64,000 bases of DNA from Saccostrea cucullata (Eukaryota): positions 1 to 64,000 of the forward strand of contig NW_026921094.1 in the NCBI RefSeq assembly GCF_032062105.1, in the 5' to 3' direction. Under the pieces are notes generated by a model. That model was given only the letters and a program-made list of their open reading frames with translations. It searched no databases and was not told the origin of the DNA. The translations under genes were made by a program, and so were the position numbers. Below, in pieces: positions 25,990-38,890 of this stretch. How positions within the stretch are numbered: the stretch's first letter is position 1; the number at the start of each line of letters is the position of its first letter.

Positions 25990-26600
25990 AGAAGATTGAT
26001 ATGGATATAACGAACAGTATTCATTCTCAAAGTCCATTAAACAATACAAATTAAGAGTAGAGCAAACACGGACCTCCGAAATATCAGAGGTGGGATCAGG
26101 TGCCATGGAGGAGTGAGCATCCCCTGCCGACCGGTCACACCCGCCGTGTGCTCGTTGTCATGATCAGGAAATAACTTAAAGAATCCGTCGTCAATTCAGT
26201 GTATAAATAATGGACTAACAATTGGTATGAAAAACGTCAGTCAGCATTTGACTCAATGATAAATTGTATTTGCTGACAAGGTCATTGTATCGACCATAGA
26301 ACTTACGAAATGATGACTTTAAACGAGACTGCTGCTATTCTTGTTTCATCAATCTGCTTGTCAATAATTTACCTCGTTTAAAAAATTGTTCATACGTAGA
26401 GCATGCTCTTGCGTATCGAATCAACTGAGATATATATACTCCGTATGCAGGTGATGAAGGTATATTGCTGCATAAGTAAGGGAAGTAGACGATAGAAAAG
26501 TTAAAGTCATCACGTTTATCATATAGCTTGGTTGTTAGATTACCATTAGTGCATTTTTCAAGTAAAATATCCAAGTATGAATCAGAAGTGTCGGACTCTA
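25990..26600 (-). mobile_element. Penelope-like element (Naiad-type) 3' fragment
   Basis: LYDKRDDFNFSIV.FPYLCSNIPSSPAYGVYISQLIRYARAC plus the conserved 3' block; near-identical to 32.1-32.7 kb. Confidence 0.8.
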
Positions 26601-27323
26601 AATCTAAATCGAAATCTAAATTACGTCTGTGTCTTTTAAAATGCCTGATGACCTTTTTTTAAAACTATTTTTCTATGTCAAAAATTTCTGTTTCGTGCAA
26701 TCATATTTAGCTCACATAGTAATTTGCATTTTCCTCAATTTTGCAAACTTTTCATAAAATTTGAGAAAAAAAAACCCATGAATGAGTAGCATTTGTAATA
26801 GCTATACAATGTAACCACTTTCTCCATCATGTAGCATCTTTCTTCAATTTTCTCTGTCAGCCTGACCATTTTTACACATGTTGAGAAAGCTATATGATTT
26901 CCTGTTCGTCTCAAGGACATCAAAATTTTCTGTGCTAAATGCAGTTTAGATTTCTCATTCTGCTTCAAAATATGTTCAATTTCGAATTAGACATTTCTTT
27001 GTCGACTTAATAATAAATAAAAAAGAAAATTCCACATCTGTGAAATACTATTCCTTAAATTATTTTGGCTGAAATTGAAATTGTACTTATTACTTACAAA
27101 GGCATATCATGTAGCTTGTTTTCCTTTTATTGAAAAATAATCTACGTACGTATTTTTAATACAAAAAAAATTAGGTTAGTGAAAACGTTGTGTAGTTCCT
27201 AAATTCATATTTTTTGTACTTTATACCTTGTATACAATTAAAATGAAATATAAAAATAAGAAAAACACTAACTTGCAAGTAATACAGTTCAACTGAAATA
27301 GGTTTTCAAATTGACTTTTTTTT

Positions 27324-27845
27324 TTACTTAAACACTTTTACAAGACCATCTTCATTTCCCACCCAAAGGTTTGATTTCCACAAATATATAGAGGTGGGAA
27401 TATTTACTTCATTTTCATTCAATAAGTTCTTTATAATCTCTCCATCAGGACCCAGTAAATGAATTCGTTCGTTGTATCGGCCTGAAACGAGAATGTAACA
27501 GAGGGAATCGCAGACCACATCAAACGGTAAGAAGTTCCACCTCAGTGTCTGGGCACTATAGATCGATCTGAGATGTCCAGCAGAAGACAAAATAACAAGG
27601 TTCCCTTTAGTTCTGCTTGACCAGTTAACAACACAGATGTCTGAGTTACCATTCTGTGTGACTTTGACTGGTAGAGTAAACAGCTTTGTTTTACCGTCAG
27701 GAGTGTACTCGTATTCTCGGATAGTGTCACCAGTGAGGGAACCGTGTCTCACCAAACGTCTGCTGTCTGAATCTGAATTCATCCACTGTGTTGTGTTGTC
27801 TTTCAATGTCACCAGGAGACCTCCACTTCTTTTCCTCCTGGTAAC
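27324..27845 (-). pseudogene. 3' half of an epsilon-subfamily propeller gene
   Basis: ORF 27324-27812 is homologous to 53796-54345; its 5' side is fused to TRIM downstream flank. Confidence 0.85.
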
Positions 27846-28062
27846 TGATATTATTTTAACGAAACTGCTGCAATTGCGATGTATTTAATTGCGATTTTCC
27901 AGATAGTATTATCAGTATCTAGCCTTTTCTTGTGGTCTTGCCCTTTAGAAGACCCAGATACAAGGAAAAGATATCACATGCCTGTGCTGTTTTTGATATT
28001 ATATAATTTTAATTTGATGATGTTTGTAACATGGAATGTTTATAACTAGTAAACTATGAATT

Positions 28063-28340
28063 CTAAGATACTCGGTACACAGAAGAAGGATATGGAGATA
28101 ATGAAGAATGTTAAATCTTAAAGTCCATAAAACAATAAAAATTAGGAGCAGAGCAAACACGGACCTCCGAAACATCAGAGGTGGGATCAGGTGCCATGGA
28201 GGAGTAGTACACAGAACATTCTTTGCCTAAACTTAAACAATTTTATCTTCTCTCCAGCTGGATGAAGTATATAATACTATAAGAATTAGTCATGTCAGTA
28301 TCTGCAGGATCAATGTCTCTACTCTAACTGAATCCACGTC
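28063..28340 (-). pseudogene. TRIM 3' fragment interrupted by a short Penelope-like end (28085-28206, direct repeat gtacacagaa)
   Basis: Match to the TRIM 3' end; 10-bp repeat at 28075-28084 and 28207-28216. Confidence 0.75.
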
Positions 28341-28721
28341 TGTTTCCAGATTTGTAATGCTTTGATGGATTTTTGATTACTGTTTCATATCTTTATCATA
28401 TTCACTTGCAAGCTTAATCTTAAAAGAAAACTATCTACATCTACTAGTGGTATAAACGTGATTATAGTACATTTGTAATTGTAAACTATAAACAAAGCCT
28501 GGGGAGCCTATGGTACTGATTTACTTTGGTGAATGTGGTCTTATAGCATTTTATTAAAATAGATAATAACAATCTCAGTTTAAAACTTCATTTCAATACA
28601 GTAAATCTTTTTAGAAATTAACCATGACTAGGTCTTCTTGTGTAACAAATTTATTGAAAATTGCAGTTTTAATACAATGAATTGTAATAAGCAGATGTAC
28701 ACTTTGACAGTTCGTAGACCT

Positions 28722-29090
28722 CAGGCACGTAGCATCGTTTTTAAAAGTGGGGGGGGGGCCAAATTGAGATAAATTTTTATTTACTAACCTGAAAAAGTTG
28801 ACAAGCAAAAAAAAAAAAAAACGAAAATTAAAAGTTGACCAAACTCGACAATCCTATAACGTGGGGGTGGGTTGGGGGGGGGGGTGGGGGGTGGGGTGGG
28901 GGTAGCCAACTTTTCAAAGCCAACTTTCCCATTTTTTCCTTACAATCCTTGCTATCACTATACTATGGTTTTAAAGTGAGGGGGGGCCAACCACCCTAGC
29001 AATGAATATTTACTATAGTAAAGATTATGTTGGGGAAAAAAGTGGGGGGGACCAGGCCCCCCCCTGGCCCCCCCGGATGCTACGTCCCTG
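28722..29090. mobile_element. G-tract-rich MITE with CAGG termini, ~4-bp TSD (acct)
   Basis: caggcacgtagcatc / gatgctacgtccctg TIRs; empty site near 33626. Confidence 0.8.
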
Positions 29091-29109
29091 ACCTTATCTA
29101 TGTGTATGA

Positions 29110-30591
29110 TTAAACTTGAAAACTAAACATATGTTTATATCTGAAAACTTTAACAAGTCCTTTTGTATTTCCTACCCACAATTTAGATTTGTACAGTGAT
29201 AATGCGGTTGGAAATTCCATTTCACTCTCTGTAAGCAAAAACTTCAAGAATATCCCAGAAGGACTGAGTAAATGGATCCGATGATGTTTTGCGTCGGTAA
29301 CAAGGATGTTCCAAAAAGAGTCACATGCCACGTCATACGGATCAAAGTTCTTCTTAATCGGGTGCAAGTTATATTCTTCGTAAGTCACTTTACCCCCATA
29401 CTTACTCTTAACTTGACCGAGTGAAGACAAAATTGTCAGATTATCATGGGGATATGCCCAGTCTACAATACAGATGTCACTGTTACCATTCTGTGTAATT
29501 CGTTGTGGAAAAGAAAAAAGTTGTTCATGAAAATAAGGAAAACCACCGATCTCACTATGACGTCACCTGTTAAGGTCATATGTCTTACTAAACTTGTAAA
29601 AGGTTCCCAGTATTCAGAATAATCTGTTAAGGCGACCAGGAGACCACCCTCCACTGACTCACAGATTCCTAGTGGTAGTAATTCTTTTGTATTTGCGATA
29701 ACAGAGACTGATCCTGAAGAAAAGAGTTGGCAAATAGTATTGTTCTCATTATTAGTGAAAAACACTTCACCATTCTTACAAATACAGATATCACAAAGGT
29801 TTATCATGAATTTTCGTTTGTTCCCCTCTCTTATGTTAATTTGATTAAAACAGTCCAATAAAAAAGACTGCATATAACAAGTGTCTTCACCACAAACCTC
29901 GAGTGTACGTACTGGATTATCGCCGTTTTGAAAAAAATCCTACTTCACCAGCAATAGCATCAATTGACCAAGTATGCCGAAAGTCATTAAAATGTTTTCC
30001 TTCCTCGTATTCCAAAGGATCTTCATTGTCTCCTATATCACACTGTAATTGTTTCAGAATTTTTAAGTTGTCGATCAGGTGAAAATCTGACATATTTCTG
30101 CTGTTGTTCTCAATTAATTCTACGGTGTCAACAAGCTGAGATTTTTTCTCATCCATCTGAGATTTCAGATATTTTATTTGTTTGTTTGTTTTACTCAAGT
30201 GGTTTTTCAGTGTTTTTTCATTGCTTCTCTTGATGTCTGTAAGCTTGCAAATCACGTCATTAAAATGCTTCTGTAAAACTCTGATATCATTCTTAAACTG
30301 AATTTTATTATCCTCTTCCTGTTTTAATATTTTCTCCTTTTTCTCCTCAAACTTCTGTATGTCTACATCCTTTATCTCTGTTAGGTACGTTTGGAGTTCT
30401 TTTCTTCTCTGACTAGCTACGTTAGCTAATGTGTCCCAGTTATGATCCTTATGTTTTGATTTTGCACACTTGGAACAAATTAATTCATCACAATCCTCAC
30501 AGAACATATCAATTCGTTTGCTGTGTTTGTCACAAGTTGGAATGTGTTCTTGAGGAGAGCCTAAAACAGGTTCAGGTGTGTTGGTCGCCAT
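29110..30591 (-). pseudogene. B-box/CC/propeller gene, subfamily alpha; two single-base frameshifts
   Basis: MATNTPEPVLGSPQEHIPTCDKH start. +1 in the A7 run (~29931) and -1 near 29555; otherwise full length. Confidence 0.8.
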
Positions 30592-31350
30592 TGCTACTAG
30601 AGTTAATTTCTCTATTAATATATACATAGGTCGCGATACCATACGATTTGTTTGTATAGCGTCGAAAACAGCTCTAAATTTTTTTATGAATAGCGAATGA
30701 AAATAAAAATCAATAATATGGATTTAAAACATAGATGAGGTTGTTAAAAGTCTATATATAAAAGGAGCAGAAACCTTCTTTCGATTGATCACCTAAGTAA
30801 AAGTAAAGGAAAGTTTGCGATTGCGAAGGAAAGTTGAAATCATCTCATACAAACATTTATCAGTACATCCTAATTATAAGTTAGCCTTCATCTTCAATAG
30901 TCATAAGAAATCTAAATACAAAACAGATATGGAGACTCTTTCGTATCTTTAATTTGAAGTTAACTTGGATATATATCGATTTGATATAGAATTGAAGTTT
31001 CTGTCGTTAACTGAGAAAACATCATCGATATAAATAAATCTCGAGAGGAAGTCCACAGCAATTGTTTTCTTCTCAATTAAAAATGTTTTTAAAGATGCAA
31101 ATAACCAGTTACAATGATATTGACACCGTTAATGTAAATATTCTTAATGACAAAAGGGTAACGAATGTAACAATATTAACACCAGTAAAGGAGAATCTTC
31201 AGGAGAACTGTACAACACCCTTGAGAAGTGTAGTTAATCAGAAGTGGACAAACTCAAGGAAAAAAATCAAATCCAAAATAAATACACTGTAACATTAAAA
31301 ACGAAAAAAATGTAATTTAGAGTTCAAATAAAGTAATCAATACCTATCCA

Positions 31351-31900
31351 TTAACTTACGCTATTTTCGTACTTGAAAACTTTAACGACGCCATTTTCAT
31401 TTCCCACCCGAAGGTTTGATTTGAACAATGAAATTGAGGTGGGAAAGTTAACTTCATTTTCAGTCAGTAAATACTTCAAAATTTCTCCGTTGGGACTCAG
31501 TAGATGAATTCGTTCGTTGTATCGGTCGGACACAAGAATGTAACAGAGAGAATCGCAGTCCACGTCAAAAGTAAAAAAATCCACTTCAATAGCTGTCCAC
31601 TGTAGATGGATCTGAGATGTCCAGCTGAAGACAAAATAACAAGAGTCCCTTTAGTTCTGCTTGTCCACTTAACAACACAGATGTCCGAGTTACCATTCTG
31701 TGTGACTTTGACTGGTATAGTTAACAGCTTTGTTTTACCGTGAAGATTGTACTCGTATTCTCGGATAATTGTCACCAGTGAGGGAACCGTGTCTCACCAA
31801 AGGCCTGCTGTATGAATTAGAATTCATCCACTGTGTTGTGTTGTCTTTCAATGTCACCAGGAGACCTCAACTTCTTTGACTACATATTCCTCCTGGTAAC
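31351..31900 (-). pseudogene. 3' half of an epsilon-subfamily gene, frameshifted
   Basis: ORFs 31351-31584 and 31497-31775 end KYENSVS, as does 53796. Confidence 0.85.
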
Positions 31901-32096
31901 AGATATTATTTTAACGAAACTGCTGCAATTGCGATGTATTCAATTGCTATTTTCTAGATAGTATTATCGTTATCTAGCCTTTTCTTGTGGTCTTGTCCTT
32001 TAGAAGACCCAGATACAAGAATAAGATATCACATGCCTGTGCTGTTTTTGATATTATATAATTTTAATTTTTGATGTCTTTAACATGGAATGTTTA

Positions 32097-32965
32097 AAAG
32101 AAGGATATGGAAATAACAAATAGTATTCAATCTCAACGTCCATTAAACAATACACAAAATATCAGCAGAGCAAACACGGACCTCCGAAACATCAGAGGTG
32201 GGATCAGGTGCCATGGAGGAGTGAGCATCCCTTGCCAACCGGTCACACCCGCCGTGTGCTCCTTGTCATGGTTAAGAAATAATGGGAAAACCTGTCGTCA
32301 ATTCATTGTATAGATAGTGGACTAACAATTGGTATGAAAAACGTCAGTCAGCATTTCATTCAATGATAAATTGTATTTGCTGACAAGGTCATTGTATCGA
32401 CCATAGAATTTACGAAATGATGACTTTAAACGAGACTGTTGATATTCTTGTTTCATCAACTTGCTTGTCAATAGTTTACCTCGTTTAAGAAATTGTTCAT
32501 ACGTAGAGCATGCTCTTGCGTATCGAATCAACTGAGATATATATACTCCGTATGCAGGTGATGAAGGTATATTGCTGCATAAGTAAGGGAAGTTGACGAT
32601 AGAAAAGTTAAAGTCATCACGTTTATCATATAGCTTGGTTGTTAGATTACCATAAGTGTCTTTTTTAAGTAAAATATCCAAGTATGAAGCAGAAGTGTCG
32701 GACTCTGTGGTATCTTTTATCTCAAGCTCACCAGAATATATCGTGTCGACGTAGGAATGGAAATTATCATTATTAATTGACAATACGTCGTCGATATATC
32801 TAAATGTCGAGTTGAAGGCCACAGCAAGTGTTTTCTTCTTTACTCGCATAAGATTTTGCATAAATTCTGCTTCATATGAATATAAAAATAAGTCTGCTAA
32901 TAACGGAGCGCAATTTGTACCCATGGGAATTCCAATAGATTGTTGGAATACCTGGTCTCCAAAAA
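32097..32965 (-). mobile_element. Penelope-like retroelement (Naiad-type, C-terminal RT), 5'-truncated
   Basis: QQSIGIPMGTNCAPLLADLFLY, FRYIDD, YLDI and YDKRDDF motifs. The ORF ends without a C-terminal GIY-YIG. Empty site at 28031-28050. Confidence 0.85.
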
Positions 32966-32984
32966 AAACTAGTAAAGTATGAAT

Positions 32985-33250
32985 TCTAAGATACCTGGTA
33001 CACAGAAGAAGGATAAGGAGATAACGAAAGTATTCTATATCAAAGTTCATAAAACAATACAAAATAGGAGCAGAGCAAACACAGACCTCCAAAACATCAG
33101 AAGTGGGATCAGGCGCCATGTAGGAGTAATACACAGAACATTCTTTGCATAAACTTACTAACAATTATATCTTTTCTCCAGCTGGATGAAGTGTATACTA
33201 TTATCATAAGAATTATGTCAGTATCTGCAGGATCTACTTTAAGTGAATCC
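32985..33250 (-). pseudogene. TRIM 3' fragment with the same short Penelope-like insert as 28063-28340
   Basis: Collinear with 28063-28340. Confidence 0.75.
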
Positions 33251-33839
33251 ATGTCTGTTTGATTTTCTGTGCTCCAGATTTTGATTACTGTTTCATATCT
33301 TTATCATATGCACTCGCAAGCTTAATCTTAAAAGAAATATATCTACATCTACTAGTGGTATAAACATGATTATAGTACATTTTAACTGTAAACTATAAAC
33401 AAAGCCTTGGGTGCCTATGGTACTGGTTTGCTTTGGTGAATGTGGTGTTATAGCATTTTATTAAAAAAGATAATAACAATCTCAATTTAAAACTTCATTT
33501 CAATACAATAAATCATTTTTAAAAATTAACCATGACTAGGTTTTCTTTTGTAACAAATTTATTGAAAATTGCAGTTTTAAAACATGAAATTTCAATAAGC
33601 AGATGGACACTTTGACGGTTCGTTAACCTATCTATGTGTATGATTAATCTTGAAGACTAAACATATGTTTATATCTGAAAACTTTAACAAGTCCTTTCGT
33701 ATTTCCTATCCACAATTTAGATTTGTACAGTGATAATGCGGTTGGGAATTCCTTTTTCACTCTTTGTAAGCAAAAACTTCAAGAATACCCCAGAAGGACT
33801 CAGTATATGGATCCGATGATGTTTTGCGTCGGTAACAAG

Positions 33840-34019
33840 TACAGTGAAACCTGTCTAATCCGACATGCTCTGGGAGACAGAATTTGTGTTGGAATAGACA
33901 GGGTGTCGGATTGCACAGTGTAAAAAACAAGGAAAATACTTGAAAGGGAAAGAATTTTAACGTCGGAATTCACAGTGTGTCGGATTATTCAGGTGTCGGA
34001 TTAGACAGTTTTCACTGTA
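33840..34019. mobile_element. Tc1/mariner-pogo-type MITE, TA TSD
   Basis: ta-cagtgaaacctgtctaatccgaca / tgtcggattagacagttttcactg-ta. Confidence 0.88.
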
Positions 34020-34547
34020 TGTTCCAAAAAGAGTCACATGCCACGTCATACGGATCAAAGTTCTTAATCGGGTGCAACTTATATTCGTCGTCGTAAGTCA
34101 CATTACCCCCATACTTCCTCTTAACTTGACCAAGTGAAGACAAAATAATCAGATTATCCACTGGATATGCCCAGTCTACAATACAGATGTCACTGTTACC
34201 ATTCTGTGTAATTCGTTGTGGAAAAGAAAAAAGTTGATCCTGAAAATACGGATCACTGATATCACGTATGACGTCACCTGTTAAGGTCATATGTCTTACT
34301 AAACTTGTAAAAGGTTCCCAGTATTCAGAATAATCTGTCAAGGCGACCAGGAGACCACCATCCACCGACTCACAGATTCCTTGTGGTAGTAATTCTTCTG
34401 TATTTGCGATAACAGAGACAGATCCAAAAGGAAAGAGTTGGCAAATGGTTTTGTTCTCATTATTAGTGAAAAACATTTCACCATTCTTACAAATACAGAT
34501 ATCACAAAGATTTATCATGATCTTTCGTTTGTTCCCCTCTTTTATGT

Positions 34548-34758
34548 TACTGTATACAGGGATATTTTCGCCCCTGTTTTATTTTCGCCCCTTTCGCCCT
34601 ACCGTCATTTGGGCGAATTTAAAACGGGGCGAATTCACATAATACAGTATGATTTCTTAAACAAAACTGTAACTGGGTGAATTTAAAACGGGACAAAATT
34701 GTTTGCAAGTTGGAAAGTGCGAAAATAACACGGGGCTAAAATAACCCTGTATACAGTA
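34548..34758. mobile_element. TA-targeting MITE (ctgtatacaggg TIR); partial second copy at ~60927-60967
   Basis: ta-ctgtatacagggatatttt / aaaataaccctgtatacag-ta. Confidence 0.85.
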
Positions 34759-36390
34759 CTAAGTAATTTGATTAAAACAATCCAATAAAAAAGACTGGAT
34801 ATAGCAAGTGTCTTCACCATAAACCTCGAGTGTACGTACTGGATTATCTCCGTTTTGAAAAAATCCTACTTCATCAGCAATGACATCAATTAACCACGTT
34901 TGTTGCAAGTCATCAAAAAAATTTCCTCCATCGTATTCTGGCGGATCTTTAATGTCTTTAATATCAGACCGTAGCTGTCTCAGAGTTTTTAAGCTGTCGA
35001 TCAGGTGGAAATCTGACATATTTCTGCCGTTGCTCTCAATTAATTCTATGGTGTCAACAAGCTGGGATTTTTTCTCGTCCATCTGAGATTTCAGAGATTT
35101 TATTTGTTTGTTTGTTTTGCTTAAGTGGTTTTTCAGTGTTATTTCATTACTCTTCTTGATTTCTGTTAGCCGGCAAATGACATTATCAAAATCTGTAAAA
35201 CTATGATATCTTTATCAAACTGAATTTTATTATCCTTTTCCTGCGTTCATATTTTCTCCTTTTTCTTTTCAAACTCCGGTATGTCCTCGTCCTTTAACTC
35301 TGTTAGGTACGTTAAGAGATCTTCCCTTCTCTGGCTAGCTACATTAGATAGCGTATCCCATTTGTGATCCTTATGCTAAGTTTTCGCACACTTGGAACAA
35401 ATGAACTCATCACAATCCTCACAGAACATATCAATTCGTTTGCTGTGTGTGTCACAAGTTGGAATGTGTTGTTGAGGAGAACCTATCGCAGATTCGGTCG
35501 CCATTACAACCTGTATTGAAGTGCCATATTCTTATAAAGATAGTTGGCGATACGATTTACTTGTTTGTTTAGATAGAATTGAAATAGCTCCCAATTTCTT
35601 ATGAATTGCAAATGAAAATGAAAATCAATAATTTGGATTTAAAACGCACATGAGGTTGTTAAAAAATCTGAATTAACAGGCGCAGACGCCTAGCTTCTGT
35701 TTATAAATCATCCATGAAAAGAATTACACTGACTACTCTCTCTCTCTCATAGATTCGTATTGAACTTAAGTATCCTTAAATACAGGAAAGACAGGAAAGG
35801 AATGTAAATGAATTGACTTTAAAAAAGCATCACTGAAATAAAGTATTGCGGGATCAAGATACATGAAGTACAAATCATGGCCAAAAATGAACACATCAAA
35901 TGTACACGTAATTTTTAACGTTATTGTAAAATCAATTAGGAGGAAGTTTTTTATGTTAACAAAAACAAAAAAAATGTTTTTAAGAATCTTAAGTTTCGTA
36001 CTTTGAATATAGCATAAAGAAATCCATCGTAAAAATTATTTGAAAATCCCTGTCTATTTCTTCACTAATTACTTAATTTGAAGTGAAAGAAAAAGAACGT
36101 AACAGAATTATGATCAGCACTTCTTCCTATCAGATCAGTTTTGTTTTATGTTCACGATATCACTTATTACTAGAATTTTGATACTAATATGATAAGGATT
36201 TTTTATTTTAACAAGATAGAGTTGCCATTGCGATTTTTTCGATGATATTTTGTAGATATTGTAGTTATCATGGTCAACACTAGCCTGTTCTTGTGGCCCA
36301 GCCCTTTTGAAGAATAAAAAAGTCATATATGATTGTGATTTTAATTTCATGATTGCATTTACATTGTTTATAACAAGTAAAGTATCATCT

Positions 36391-38394
36391 CTAAGATACC
36401 TGATAAACAGAGCATTGTTGAAATAAATCTAACAACAATATCTTCTCTCCAGCTGGATGAAGTATAATGTTATAAGAATCGTTCATGTCAGTGTCGGCTG
36501 GATCGATGTCTCTACTCTCGACGAATCCATGTTTAAACTGTTTAAGTTTAGATGATCTATTACAAACCAAGATGTTATCTTCTAAGTCAAATGAGAGTCC
36601 CCTAAATTTTTGATCGCCAGGACTCATAGAAATCTCTTTGTTATTCTGATCTACAGTTATTATCATCCCATCTCTAATAAAACTATGTGTATCTGACACC
36701 AACGACGAAGAAACGAATGGTACATCTCCGGACGGTTTGTATGGTAAACTATGCTTTATGCAGAAGTCCAAAGAACAAATAATTCTTGCAGAACGATTGG
36801 CGGCAAACACTGTTGTTGGCCCACGAGAAATCGCCAACATCTGTTGTTTTAAGTGAATAGTTCTAAGTTTTGTAAATGTTATAGATTTTGCGACATCAAT
36901 CCGATAATGATTGATAAATCTTTTAAAAGAAACATATATTTCATTCAAGCTCCAACCGGAGTGACAGAGGCCGTATGGTTTTTGCTCACACATCTCTGTG
37001 TGAACACATTCTCCTGTGGAATAACTAATGTCGTAAATCTTCAGCGACGGTGGACTTGTGTGAGATAATACTATCATCGTGTCGCTAACAAACAAGCCAT
37101 AATAAACTGTTTCTGATAATTTTTCAATCTGGGATAATTTCCTTAGGTTGACTTTCATCCAATCTTTTTGACACATTTTTTTTCTCCTTTGTAAAATATT
37201 TTCTTTGTCGCCCACGACCGGTGAACTCATTAGTATTTTCTCAACTATCCAAGATTGTTCTTTAGACAATACCACGTCTTCAAATTCTTTTGAAATGGAT
37301 ATTTGACTGAGAAAGTCCGAGTTATGTTGTTGGTAATCTTTGGGAAAGTTCCAAATTTTTAAAGACTTTAAATGGGAGATGTGGTCATTCATCTGATTTT
37401 GCAATTTCAGATTCGTAATAAATAATTGTTTAGAAGACCCACTTTTTAACACTGATTGTAGAATGGCACTTGCTTCATTCACTGTAGTGAAAAACCGCTT
37501 CAGTTCATCATAAGCTATTTCAATGTTCCCAATGGAATCTGCATGAATCTGCTCAAATTGTTTTAGCCACTTCGCATGTGCATTGTCCAATAGTGATTTG
37601 ATTTCTTCAACTTTCTCTTCAGTTTTCATACATATATCTTGCTTCTTAGTACTGAGTTCGGCTTTCAGATTCAATTTTTCTAACATCATATCTTCAACAT
37701 TCTTTCCCAAACCAATATATTTGGAAACTATGTCTTGAATGTAATCTCGGTCAACCGTGAGAGCCGTATCTTCAATTGTGTCCACATTCTTGCACGATTT
37801 ATGCTGTTTGACAAGGCATACACTACAGCATAGCTGCTGATGGTCGTGGCAAAATACATCAAGTACCTTCTCTTTGTGAAAGAGACATGTCTCCTCTATC
37901 TCGATTTCACTGTTCACTTCCTTGATGTTCGCAAGATTTGTAATTTTATGATCCTGTAGACTTGGAACAAGTCTGTGAAATGATTTGCAATCTTCACAAA
38001 TAGCTTCCATACAGATCTTGCACCAGTACCTCGCAGGTACCGTTTTCTCAGCCCGTGTGCAAAACATACAGTTTTTATTTTCATCTTGCTCAGGATCTAC
38101 TGACAAAGTCAGAACAAGTTTATTAGTAGGTAATTCCAATGCCCATTCTTCACTTGAAATGTTTTCCCTCGGAGCGTTGACACATCTGCGACAAACGGGA
38201 CATTCGATTGATTTAACTGTGTTGGTTTCCTTATGTGCTGCCGTACTTGAAATGTAAGTCTGAATGCACGGCTCGCAGAATGTGTGATAACACGGCAAAT
38301 ACTTCGGTTTTCTTACCTCCTCTAGGCATATCGGGCAGTGGCATTTATCCCTTTTAATGTTAGCAACAGGGGTCTCGGTTTTTGACTCAGCCAT
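36391..38394 (-). CDS. Intact single-exon TRIM E3 ligase-like protein (RING, two B-boxes, coiled coil, C-terminal beta-propeller), 667 aa
   Basis: C3HC4 RING, B-box1 CMFC..CKICMEAICEDCKSFH..H, B-box2 CLFH..CHDHQQLCCSVC..H..C, heptad-rich region, beta-rich C-terminus with GLSFDLEDNILV. Confidence 0.92.
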   Translation of the reverse strand: MAESKTETPVANIKRDKCHCPICLEEVRKPKYLPCYHTFCEPCIQTYISSTAAHKETNTVKSIECPVCRRCVNAPRENISSEEWALELPTNKLVLTLSVDPEQDENKNCMFCTRAEKTVPARYWCKICMEAICEDCKSFHRLVPSLQDHKITNLANIKEVNSEIEIEETCLFHKEKVLDVFCHDHQQLCCSVCLVKQHKSCKNVDTIEDTALTVDRDYIQDIVSKYIGLGKNVEDMMLEKLNLKAELSTKKQDICMKTEEKVEEIKSLLDNAHAKWLKQFEQIHADSIGNIEIAYDELKRFFTTVNEASAILQSVLKSGSSKQLFITNLKLQNQMNDHISHLKSLKIWNFPKDYQQHNSDFLSQISISKEFEDVVLSKEQSWIVEKILMSSPVVGDKENILQRRKKMCQKDWMKVNLRKLSQIEKLSETVYYGLFVSDTMIVLSHTSPPSLKIYDISYSTGECVHTEMCEQKPYGLCHSGWSLNEIYVSFKRFINHYRIDVAKSITFTKLRTIHLKQQMLAISRGPTTVFAANRSARIICSLDFCIKHSLPYKPSGDVPFVSSSLVSDTHSFIRDGMIITVDQNNKEISMSPGDQKFRGLSFDLEDNILVCNRSSKLKQFKHGFVESRDIDPADTDMNDSYNIILHPAGEKILLLDLFQQCSVYQVS

Positions 38395-38890
38395 TCAATA
38401 GAAAGATGGATATCCAGCCAGCCCAACTGTCTCTCTTTCCGTTTAAAACTGATAACTATGGAACGTTGTTGGTGTTAAAAGGAAATGGGCACGGACACGA
38501 TTTTATTTTGTTGTTGTGTTTTACTCCTGGGCGAAACGGGAGTGAAGTAATTTATATGGCTGGACCTAAACTGAATCTGAGACCCTGGCCTGAATTCTTT
38601 TGTCCAATTGATATTTTGCACCGTTAACCTGGTCGTTTGCTTTATGCAGGTTGATTCTAAGTGTTTCTTTGTTGCATCTCTTTATATTCTCCCTCACTTC
38701 GTTCGTCCGAATATAAATTAATTATACTCTTTATTCTGTATTGAAAGAATAATCAACTCATATGTATGGAATGCTGCTCGTCAGAACGTAGAACAATCAA
38801 AGAGAAAAGTGCATGTAAATAATAATAATACCTGTCTACACACACACACTATATATGCATATATATTTATTAATAGATATTCATTCATAT

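Larger units (their letters stand above)
33644..35504 (-). pseudogene. B-box/CC/propeller gene, subfamily alpha; disrupted by two MITEs, stops and frameshifts
   Basis: ORF pieces 34012-34518 and 34759-35082; ATG at 35504; closest to 29110-30591 in the propeller. Confidence 0.88.

Noticed and set aside
13488-29940. Programmed frameshifting or phase variation at homopolymer runs (13493, 29931)
   Set aside because: Those copies carry other independent lesions, and homopolymer indels may be sequencing errors.
32322-32965. Selenocysteine-encoding Naiad
   Set aside because: No in-frame TGA in the visible RT portion.
32966-33164. N-terminal extension of the 280-aa RT ORF as a TRIM-RT fusion protein
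   Set aside because: Chance open frame across a TRIM pseudo-fragment and a non-coding PLE end; starts at a non-ATG codon.
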